Below are positions 54,698-64,000 of a DNA stretch of 64,000 nt, one piece after another (the stretch's first letter is position 1; each line of letters opens with the position of its first letter). This DNA comes from Octopus sinensis (lineage: Eukaryota). Location: positions 64,108,001 to 64,172,000 of the forward strand of contig NC_043008.1 in assembly GCF_006345805.1 (NCBI RefSeq), read 5' to 3'. The notes beneath the pieces were generated by a model that made no database searches, had not been told where the DNA came from, and saw only the letters and a program-made list of their open reading frames with translations. The position numbers and the translations under genes are program-made.

Positions 54698-55104
54698 TTT
54701 TCAACCATATATAAACTCAGTGAAGTTTATTCACTGATTATCAAAATAAGAAATATTGAATTTCTAAATCTCTCGTAGAGACATGTACGGTGGTGGGGCG
54801 ATAGAACGGTTGTATACTGTCAATCTAACAAGAACGTGACAGTAGGGAGTACACCACCGTTGTATAGCCCTAGGAGGCATCGAACGCCTCCTGACAGCTT
54901 CGACACATTTTTTCCGTGTCCTTATATACATATACGAAGGGGAGACAAACACCTCCGGCCGTCGGAACTGCATCTAGGGACACCGTGTTTCAGGATCATT
55001 GTCCTTCATCGGCCTAGAGTAGCAGACACCGGTCGGCTGGTGATATTTGCCTAGACTTCGCAAATATCCTATATTTGCCTAGATTTCTTATTTTCAACCA
55101 TATA
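54698..55104 (-). mobile_element. HHR-bearing non-coding retroelement monomer (retrozyme/PLE-like), ~393 nt
   Basis: Bounded by the direct repeat TTTTCAACCATATA (54698-54711 and 55091-55104). Contains the HHR and a structured module, is homologous to 59576-59910, and has no credible ORF. Confidence 0.6.
54974..55017 (-). ncRNA. Minimal type-I hammerhead ribozyme with CCGAUGA core variant
   Basis: Minus strand reads CUAGG-CCGAUGA-AGGA caauga UCCU-GAAA-C acggu G-UC^-CCUAG. Stem I is a perfect 5 bp, stem II a perfect 4 bp, and the triplet is GUC. The core has a U4->C change. Confidence 0.75.
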
Positions 55105-55200
55105 GATTTATTACAAAGCGAAAGTGAAATTACGAACAGTAAAGTGCTTGAAAGATATTGCAAAGCATCTAGAGTTACTTTCTCGTAATCAAACTTGGAT

Positions 55201-55545
55201 TAAGGCGGCGAGCTGGCAGAAACGTTTGCCCGCCGGGCAAAATGCTTAGCGGTATTTTGTCTGCCGTTACGTTCTGAGTTCAAATTCTGCGAGGTCGACT
55301 TTGCCTTTCATCTTTTAGGGGTCGATTAAATAAGTACCAGTTACGCACTGGGGTCGATGTAATCGACTTAATCCGTTTGTCTGTCCTTGTTTGTCCTCTC
55401 TGTGTTTAGCCCTTGTGGGTAGTAAAGAAATAGGTACTTCGTCTGTCTTTATGTTCTGAGTTCAAATTGCGCCGAGGTCGACTTTGCCTTTCATCTTTTC
55501 GAGGTCGATGAATTATGTACCAGTTGCGTACTGGGGTCGATCTAA
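55201..55545 (+). mobile_element. SINE family A plus partial tandem copy
   Basis: Full copy at 55201-55436, then an internal re-start at 55437. Confidence 0.8.
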
Positions 55546-55977
55546 ATTCGGGCATTGTGCCTAGAGTAGAAAAGAATATTATTAAACTTGGATCCATAAA
55601 ATATTTCATTATTACATTCATAATTAATACGAAAAAGCTTATACTTTCTCCCCATTAATTATGATTGTAACAGAAGAAAGAATATTTTGTTTTTGTATAT
55701 ATCTGTATTTTGCTGTATCTCACTAATGTCATTATGCCAATAATAAACACACGCACTGGTTCTATTTCATTTCTCTTATTATTAATAGTCAACTAATTAA
55801 CCGTTTAGCCAATTTATTTAACCAAATGCTTCGCTAATCGTAAGGTCAATCAATCAGCTAGAGTGGTCAGATTCTTCATTCGTGACATGCCCTCTTTGCT
55901 TCAGGTCTGCCTTATCTCCTAGTTTTCAAATTCTACATTCTAAATTTAAATTTTAGGAGAGTAAGTGAAAATGTGTG

Positions 55978-56223
55978 GAGGCGCGTGGCTTAGTGGTTAG
56001 AATGTCAGCATCATGATCATAAGATTGTGGTTTCGATTCCTGGACCGGACGACGCGTTGTGTTCTTGAGCAAAACACTTCATTTCACGTTGCTCCAGTCC
56101 ACTCAGCTGGCAAAAATGAATAACGCTGCGATGGACTGGCGTCCCGTCCAGCTGAGGAACACATACACCATTGAAACCGGGAAACCGAGCCCATGAGCCT
56201 GGCTAGACTTTAAAAAGGCGCAT
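55978..56223 (+). mobile_element. tRNA-derived SINE family E
   Basis: GAGGCGCGTGGCTTAGTGGTTAG A-box and GGTTTCGATTCC B-box, followed by TTCTTGAGCAAAACACTTCATTTCAC core-like sequence. Confidence 0.7.
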
Positions 56224-56289
56224 AGAAGTAAAAATGTAAGAGTGAAAGAGAGGGGGATGGGACTAAATAGTTAGCTAGATGAGTAATAA

Positions 56290-56712
56290 TGTTGATTTCA
56301 AATTTTGGTACAAATTCGATTGCATTGAACCCAGTGCTTATCTAGTACTTATTTTATCGATTCCAAAATGATGAAAGGCTAAGTCGACCTCAGCAGAATT
56401 TGATCTTGAATATACATGGATGAACGAAATGCCGTTCAGCACTTTGTTGGGCGTGTTTACGATTCTGCCAGATCTCTACCTTAGTTGAATAATAATGATT
56501 TCAAATTTTGGCATGTGGCCAGCGATTTCTGTGGAGGGGCTAAGTCGATTATATCGACCCCCAGTACTCAACTAGTACTTATTTTATCGACCCCGAAAGG
56601 ATCGTAGATAAAGACAACCTCAGCGGAATTTAAGCTCAGTATGTAAAGACGGACGAAATGTCGCTAAACATTTTGCGCTGCATGTTAACGATTCTGCCAG
56701 CTCGCCGCCTTA
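56290..56712 (-). mobile_element. Two tandem degenerate SINE family A-related copies
   Basis: The blocks TACTTATTTTATCGA..GTCGACCTCAGC..TTCTGCCAG occur twice. Confidence 0.7.
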
Positions 56713-57644
56713 GATGACTAATAATAACAAAAGAAGTTAAATAAAACCAGTGCGTGTATTTTCATTGGCATAATGACCCTTCTAAATTAGAATAGAAGAA
56801 AGAATAGTTAACAGTAAAAACAATTATTTTCTGTAAAAATTATTATCTTCGCCATCGCATTTGATTTTGTATTAATCATACGGATGGATACTCCCATTAT
56901 GCCATTGGATTCTACTCATCAGTTACAGATTAATCTTGTAGTAGGAGTAACGCATGCTGCAACAAGGGGCCGTGCTAAACACTTCATTATACTGCTTTTA
57001 TCTTTTACGAAGGACTGGGTATTTCACATCACTCCAATAGTCGGTAAACTTCCGAAATCCAATACACTTTAAATTAAATGAATTATTATAATTAAATTCA
57101 ATGGCCATAGTTAAGTGAGCAGCTTTCCTTTTTGCCAGGTGCTAATTAACTGCCTTGCTATTCTGTCTCTCTATTTCACCAAATTAAACTCATCATTCAT
57201 TGAGCTTAATTATTTTCTTCGTAAATAAGATCGGTTATACGAAACAGGTTATTGCTAATATATTATGAACACTGTAATGTTTAACCATCTCCATTAAATC
57301 AAATCGATAGAGATTTTAAAATAGCTCAGAAATATTTTATTGTGTTCAGTCTCTACTTTAACCTTTCACCAGTTAGCATATCTATAGCACGACGAAACTG
57401 TTTAAATTAATATAATCACATTTTCATCTCTAACAGTAGACAGCAGAACCAAATTTATATTAAAATGAGAATGAGCATCTTAGTTGCCTAAATAACTATT
57501 CTATATATTAAGGAAGTTGTGGAATCGCACCTATCTTGAATACGCCGAACTGGCTCCAAATATGGAGTTGGATCTGTAGCAGATTCGAAACCGAATCGAC
57601 AAATTCTCAAGTAAAAGTTACGGTCTTGTAACACCCATTTCATG

Positions 57645-57691
57645 TAAACAGCTGATTAACTGACCAATCAGCATCGAGACATCACGTGATG
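57645..57691. promoter_or_regulatory. Candidate CCAAT plus E-box/CLEAR-like module
   Basis: CCAATCAG at 57664 and the 12-bp palindrome CATCACGTGATG at 57680-57691. Confidence 0.25.
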
Positions 57692-57853
57692 CAATGGTCT
57701 AGAACAGTGGGTCCGCAAAGGTAGTACTGGAGGTAGGTCCGTGAACTAAATTCAAAATTTCATATATATATATATATATATATAATATATTGCGGAGATG
57801 CACTTGCATAGCAAATGACCTGATCAGAAATCGTGTGCTGGAACGAAAATAAT

Positions 57854-58126
57854 TGCAGCATGGAAAGTGTTTAAAGCCATTTAAGAAACACAAAATCCCT
57901 TAGATTCACTTCAACATTTGAATTTAACTTGTCAAAATATTTTCGTCGCTTTGAGGTCGGGACCAGTTTACTGAGAAAATTCAGATGCAGCACGGAATTT
58001 TGTCAGTGAACAGGCCGCAGTCTCAAAGCGACAAAAATATTTTGACAAGTTAAATCTAAATGTTGAAGTGAATCTAACGGATTTTGTGTGTTTTTTAAAT
58101 GGCTTATGAACACTTTCCACGCTGCA
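57854..58126. repeat. Hairpin element, arms ~128 bp with a 14-nt spacer (PLE-like family; partial copy at ~23352-23470)
   Basis: TGCAGCATGGAAAGTGT..GTCAAAATATTTTCGTCGCTTTGAG is mirrored by CTCAAAGCGACAAAAATATTTTGAC..ACACTTTCCACGCTGCA. Confidence 0.8.
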
Positions 58127-58180
58127 GTTGCTCATATATATATATAAGAGAGAGAGAGAGAGCAATAAGAAAATGGAGGG

Positions 58181-59331
58181 GGGGTCAATAGGTGGTATTC
58201 ATAAACTTTTAGACATTATATTATGTCAATTTATTTATTTATTTACTAAAATGACATTACAATTACAACAATATAGATATATGTATAGCATATAAAATAC
58301 TAGTAATTATTAAAATATATAACATACAGGGATAGAAATTGGGAAAATATCTTACAGCTGTTTCAGCCAAGAGGTAAAAATACCTCATTCTACCTTTACC
58401 TGTCCAGTAGAATGAAGTAATTAGTAAATGAAATTGAGGTACTTAGGTGTTTCTCCAGGATTCGTCAGAGATCACAAGATTTCAACGACTGCATAAAGAA
58501 AAAGATAACAAAGAAATTAACATATCACGTTTATATGAAAATATATATAAGTTTGTGTATTATTATTATTATTTTTATTATATTATATAATTATAATGAT
58601 ACAAACTACTACACTTATCCTCCATTCTTAACACATGTAATACGTATGTATATATGAGTATGTTTGAGCGGAAATATATATGTATATATGTGTGTATGTG
58701 TGTGTGTGTGTGTGTGTGTTCCTCATGTATATGCAGTCTCATTCTTACATGAATAAAATAACTTTAAGATATATTGATTTTATAAATTACAATATGACTC
58801 CACTTATAACGTTCTCATACGTCTGTCTATATTTTATCTAGTATGAATAATATAATGCATCTAATTATAATAATTGATTCTTGTGTATGCATATACATGC
58901 AAATATGTATGTACATTTAAGTGTAGGTATATGTATTTATGTATATTTATCCATATGTATGTAAATGTATAAGTATGTATATGTGTGTGTATTTATAACT
59001 TAACTTTATGTACTTTCTAAAATCTCTGACGAAGCCTGGAGAAACACCCAAGTACCTCAATTTCACCTACTAATTACTTCAGTCTACTGGAGAGATAAAG
59101 GTAGAATGAGGTATTTTTACCTCTTGACTGAAACAGCTGTAAGATATTTTCCCAATTTCTATTCCTGTATGTTATTTTTAAAATAATTACTAGTATTTTA
59201 TATATTATATATGTAAAGCATAATATGTTATACATATATATGTATTGTTGTAATTGTCATTTTAGTAAATAAATAAATAAATTGACATAATATAATGTCT
59301 AAAAGTTTATGAATACCACCTATTGATCCCC
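58181..59331. repeat. Spaced inverted repeat, arms ~290-310 bp (58181-58472 / 59022-59331)
   Basis: The arms align as reverse complements (e.g. GAAATTGAGGTACTTAGGTGTTTCTCCAGGATTCGTCAGAGAT vs ATCTCTGACGAAGCCTGGAGAAACACCCAAGTACCTCAATTTC), with a ~550-bp AT/microsatellite spacer. Confidence 0.85.
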
Positions 59332-59522
59332 TTAATTTTTTATTGTTCTATAAATTAATGGTAAAATAACTCTTTACCATCACCCATTTAGTACACTCGG
59401 TAATGTAATTGCAATGCAATAAAAAACACTTGTGTATTAATAATTGGGTATTCTACCAGCAGTATATTCGATAGATATTATCCCTTAGTTGGTTGGATTC
59501 ACAACCTCTAACTTTCTTGGAA

Positions 59523-59575
<53 letters not shown>

Positions 59576-59579
<4 letters not shown>

Positions 59580-59910
59580 GTCGTATACTGTCAACTCAAT
59601 GTGACAGTCCCGTAAGGGAATTACACCACTGCCATTTAGCCCTAGGAAACATCGACGTTTCCTATCGGCTTTGACACATTTTCTGCGTCCTTATATTTGC
59701 AAAGGGGAGGCAATCACCCCCGCCAGCTGGGACTAAGCACCCGAAGACATATGTTTCTGAGTCTTTTGCTCGTCGTCAGTTCAGGGTAGCTTGTCTCGCT
59801 CGCTGAGATGACTGCAACCTCTTCGCAAATATATCATATTATCAGTAAAATTTATTTACTGATCACCGAAATTAGAAATATTGAACTTCTAAATGTCTCA
59901 GAGAGACATA
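59576..59910 (-). mobile_element. Second, diverged and permuted copy of the HHR-bearing element
   Basis: Shares the blocks GTATACTGTCA..TGACAGT, TAGCCCTAGGA, CTT(C/T)GACACATTTT, CCTTATA, AAGGGGAG, CTTCGCAAATAT and AGAAATATTGAA.TTCTAAAT..CTC..AGAGACAT with 54698-55104. It starts directly after a (TA)n tract. Confidence 0.6.
59740..59785 (-). ncRNA. Minimal type-I hammerhead ribozyme, intact core
   Basis: Minus strand reads CCUGAA-CUGACGA-CGAG caaaaga CUCA-GAAA-C auau G-UC^-UUCGGG. Stem I has 6 bp (one G-U), the core is canonical CUGANGA/GAAA, and stem II has 3 bp plus a C-A at the closing position. Stem III is minimal with palindromic CAUAUG, and the cleavage triplet is GUC. Confidence 0.85.
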
Positions 59911-60869
59911 TTAAAAGGGGCCCGTGGGAAAAATTATTTAAATAAAAAGGTTGGTAACCATCATCGGGTAAATGTTGGGAACCGCTGGTCTAGAATCATC
60001 TACTAAACCAGGGCTTCTCAGCCATGTGTTATCTATGGACTCTTCTGATTACTACTTTATTGTGGTGGACCCCCCCCATTGCTATTCGATGTTTAAATGA
60101 AGTATGCAAAAATATATTTGTGGAAAAAACAGAATATTCACCAATATGTACATATTACTCAAATGATCTGACAAAAGGATAAAAGAAAGCTGTTAAAAAC
60201 CATGTACTCATGTAAGTATATTTCAGTCAACTTAATATAAGGTTTTGTAGTGTAAAAATTAGATGAAAAGCTACATGAAAAGTAATGACCGTAAGTGAAA
60301 CTATAAGTAATGCCAGCAAGAGTATACAGAAAACGAAGAGTAAACAGAAAGTGTAAACAACAACAGTGAATAGTAATTCAGCGGTTCTATTCCGATAGAA
60401 TAAGTATCAGGCTTTTAAAAATTAAGTACATTCAGCCAAAAATGCGGTGTCCCAGCATGGCTGCAATCTGATGTGTGAAACAAGTAAAAAGGAAAAAAAT
60501 TAAAAAGCAATAAGTATTGCGCATCACTTACACACAGCCAAAACAGAACCCAACGAAACCACCAGCATCTCATCTTTTATTCGATGATCAACGTGATAAT
60601 TTGTAGCATCACACTCTTGTGACAGATCAATAAAAAGTAATTATAATTCGATAAAATAGCTACATTTCTGAATGATAATTCCTGTTTATAGCATATAGTA
60701 CAGAATCTGCACTAGTATAATCTAGTTCTTTCTTGGCGCACATCATAAGCTTGTAATTTTATATATGGGTACTTATGAAGAACTCACACTGAGACGTTGT
60801 TCTAGAATTCGGGAGGTTATTATTATTTATATTCAATTAAATATATTTACGCAACGTTAAATTCACAAG

Positions 60870-61140
60870 ATTGCTATTAGGGTGTAGCGGCACAAGCGGC
60901 CAGCGCCATATTGGATCAGATCTCGCGGCAGCCATTGCCATCTCCTGCATCCATTTGCCATGCGCAAGATCACAACAAGGCTCGTTGTGGAGAAAACTAT
61001 ATAAACGGAAAAACACTCTTCAAATTCCTTTTCTTCGGCGCCACTACACAGCAGTACTACCGGATGAACACCACCACTGGCACAGGCTTTCTGCCTATCT
61101 ATCTCCTGAGGCAATGCGCCCACACTATCAGAGCTTAAGA
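60870..61140. other. GC/CpG-enriched island (possible promoter/first exon or unrecognised TE fragment)
   Basis: About half GC by eye against a much more AT-rich background, with many CpGs and a YY1-like CGCCATATT near 60904. Confidence 0.35.
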
Positions 61141-61811
61141 TGGTAGCTGAGAGCAGCACACTTCACCTTTCCTATAAATAAACAAGTTGTAAATAACAGT
61201 TGTACTTGAAGTCTTTTCTCTTCGCCTACCGGAAGCCTGAACAACATAAAGAACAAGATGATGGAAGGAGACGATATTCCTCCGATATCGTAAACCTTGC
61301 CTTCCATTATTAAAAAGGATTTTATCCTTCTTCGAGCATCGTGACCAGAACCTTTTAATATATGTATTTTTTGCGGTACTGCTTTGTTTCCATGAAAGCC
61401 GCATGAAAGTGAGCTCATTTTACTCACTGATTTTCAGGCATTTGCAATGCGCTTATGTAAACAATTATTAGGGAATGAAAGTGAAATAGTTGATTGAAAG
61501 AGTGGGGGATAGATGCTATAGAGTATCTAGTAAACATGTCATTAAGGTGGATCCATCAAATATTTTATTTCATTCCTAATTAACAGGTAAAACAACCATG
61601 TTTTCCACCGTTAATTATGAATATAAAAGAAGAGAGAACGATTAACAGTAAATACAGAAGGCACAGTTACATTTCCGTAAAAGCATGAATTTCTCATTTG
61701 CATTCCACTAAGTCCTAGCTGAGCTCAGATCATGAAGCAGACCAAAAACCTTAATCATACAGATGGAGGTCAAATGAATTATACACACACACACGCACAT
61801 ATATATATCAC

Positions 61812-62105
61812 CGTGACCGACAAGGTTCTTAGATGTCGCTATACATCGCTGGTTACAATGGGCTTCGCATTGTTTTAGCCTTCAATGACGCCACCCTCCT
61901 GGTTAAGTGAGCAGGCCAACAGAAGAAAGAGTGAGAGAAAGTTGTGGCGCGAAAAAGTACAGCAGGGATTGCCACCAACCCCTGCCGGAGCCTCGTGGAG
62001 CTTTAGGTGTTTTCGCTCAGTAAACACTCACAACGCCCGGTCTGGGAATCGAAACTGCGATCCTACGACCGCGAGTCCGTTGCCCTAACCACTGGGCCAT
62101 TGCGT

Positions 62106-62107
<2 letters not shown>
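61812..62107 (-). mobile_element. tRNA-derived SINE family D
   Basis: Minus-strand head GAGACGCAATGGCCCAGTGGTTAGGGCAAC..GCAGTTTCGATTCCCAGACC has A and B boxes. Confidence 0.8.
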
Positions 62108-62146
<39 letters not shown>

Positions 62147-64000
62147 GCACATATGTATATATACCAAAGGAGTTTGTGGTGAGAAATGGTCATCGGGAAC
62201 AGACTCATTTCCCCAAAGAAAACTATCTCTATCTCCTGATCTATTCCTCGATCTCATTTATTATTGGGCATATAACATTTGAGTGTCAACTGGAAGAACT
62301 TCTATCGTGATTCATTTGCAGAGAAACCTACTCAAAATGCAATTCAAATCAGTGGAGACAGACAAATGATGAATTTGATGAGAGCATATTTGAACAAAAT
62401 TAAAAGACATTAAATTCATTTATTATTTGTTTTTGTGAAAAAAATTCATTGAACTTTCATTTTTTGGACCTGGAAAACACTTTCTGCAAACGAAAACTCG
62501 GCTTTTTTTTTCCGTATGAAGGGATTCAAAACACTGGCAGCCCTCGTGTCCCTTTCCATACACTCTTCTTTCGTGTATGAAAACATCCTGGTGTTTCTTG
62601 CTATGATAAAATTGATAAATATAAGAAGATTCCATGTAAAATAATGACGGGAATGTGTATTCAACAATAACGTTAGTACTACTTTATTTCATATTCTGAA
62701 AATTTCGGATTTTGATTTACTTTTTTATTGAAAAAAATGTAACTTCAAATGCACACAATATATATTTATATACTTTAGATGCAAACGAAATAGTCCTACT
62801 TTTTTTTCTGTGCTTTATGATCGTTCTTAGACAAATTGTAAAAAAAAAAAAATTCCGAAAGAATGTTTCCATAAAATTTGAAACGCCGGAGCTATTATAC
62901 TTTTAAAAAATATCTTTTTCTATGTAAACAACGTATATTATATAAATTTATGTAGTTGTTCATCACTTGGATTCAAGCATTTCAATTCAAAACATTCGAA
63001 AAAATATTCATAAATAATTGCCGAGAAATCCAGAATGTTTCAGCAAAATATGGAACGCTGTGGCTTTAATTTTTTTTGAGGATGAAAATGGTACTCAGTT
63101 ATACACACAAGTATAATTTATTCACTTATATGCATGCACCTAAATTCAATTGAAAATATCAAGAAAGTGGAAAGGAACGATGCTAAAAGCTATAATATAG
63201 GAAGTAAAAGTATTATGTTGACGCTTTCCTCATTGAAAATCAACATTTCTTTTGTAGAAAATTAAGGATTTACATAGATGTTCTGCAAGCAACTTGCACA
63301 TGCAAGTGCTACAAGTCGAAAGCTTCACATACTGGAAGCCAGCAATTGTATGGGTCATCAGGAGAGAATGCGCACTGTTTCAGGGCCTACCTTACGACGG
63401 CATCAATGCGCACCGGCTCGCCCTCCTGATATGAAGCCCCGCTTGCTAGATCAACAGCAATGAACTTCATATATTTGCCAGTGCCATCACCAAAAAAAAA
63501 GGGACTTCTTCCAGTCTTCCGTCAGAGTAGAGTTAAAGTAGTTAAGCAGCACGTGTGCTTCCAAAAGTTGTGGATACAGGTTAAAAAGTGTATACAGCTG
63601 TATATAGAGAAAAACATTGCAAGTTTTATTTGGATATTAAATATACACATAAGCAATTAGCAAAGTTCCGCCTACAAATTTTTCTAAATTTTTAGTCAAC
63701 GTAATTTGTTGCAAAAAGTGTTTTTAAGATTAAATGTCCTTCAAAAGACAGATCTTCAGATAAAGCTCTCCAAATCCTTTGGGAATTGCTTCTTTTTTTT
63801 TTTTTTTACTATTGTCCCTTTCTATTCAATGTATTACTGTATACCGTGTATACTTTAATTTTTTTCTCACACTTTATATCTGTTTCGTATTGTTCCCCAG
63901 TACCCTGTTGGCGAATAAAAGAAATCATCATCATATTATTATCATTGAGTGAGAGAGTAGTGCATGCCATCAAAGTGACACTGGGGTAAAATATATGAAG

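Larger units (their letters stand above)
57705..59987. mobile_element. Non-autonomous hAT (Charlie-like) element swollen by nested insertions
   Basis: Perfect 8-bp TSD GTCTAGAA (57697-57704 and 59988-59995). Termini are CAGTGGGTCCGCAA and the reverse complement CAGCGGTTCCCAA. An 8-bp TSD with an nTCTAGAn target is established for hAT/Charlie elements. Confidence 0.75.

Noticed and set aside
55978-56050. tRNA-like sequences at SINE heads (also 62035-62107 and 53800-53860)
   Set aside because: The cloverleaf is incomplete and the sequence continues into a SINE body, so these are not tRNA genes.
61280-61345. HDARRRIKSFLIMEGKVYDI resembling a cytochrome b5 HxxxxxCWIIIxGKVYD motif
   Set aside because: It lacks the conserved W and the downstream HPGG motif; the resemblance is too short.

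Overview
AT-rich (roughly one-third GC by eye), microsatellite-saturated animal genomic DNA. The repeat families and the (TA)n/(CA)n/(CAT)n density point to a coleoid cephalopod, probably Octopus (inference). No long ORF and no confidently nameable host gene are present. Almost all ORFs in the track are microsatellite or SINE artefacts; a few short spliced-exon candidates exist on both strands. The window is dominated by tRNA-derived SINEs, RTE-type LINE 3' fragments, non-autonomous Helitrons, Tc1/mariner and hAT MITEs, and fold-back palindromes. The main unexpected signal is a set of minimal type-I hammerhead ribozymes (HHR). Two have intact catalytic cores (15777-15819 +, 59740-59785 -), one has a single core substitution (54974-55017 -), and several are decayed. 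Two of them lie in diverged copies of a ~393-nt non-coding unit (54698-55104 and 59576-59910). The copies are circularly permuted relative to each other and share a second covarying, possibly pseudoknotted RNA module. This looks like a retrozyme or Penelope-like-element-derived circular-RNA retroelement family. All structures were folded by eye; no database search was run.
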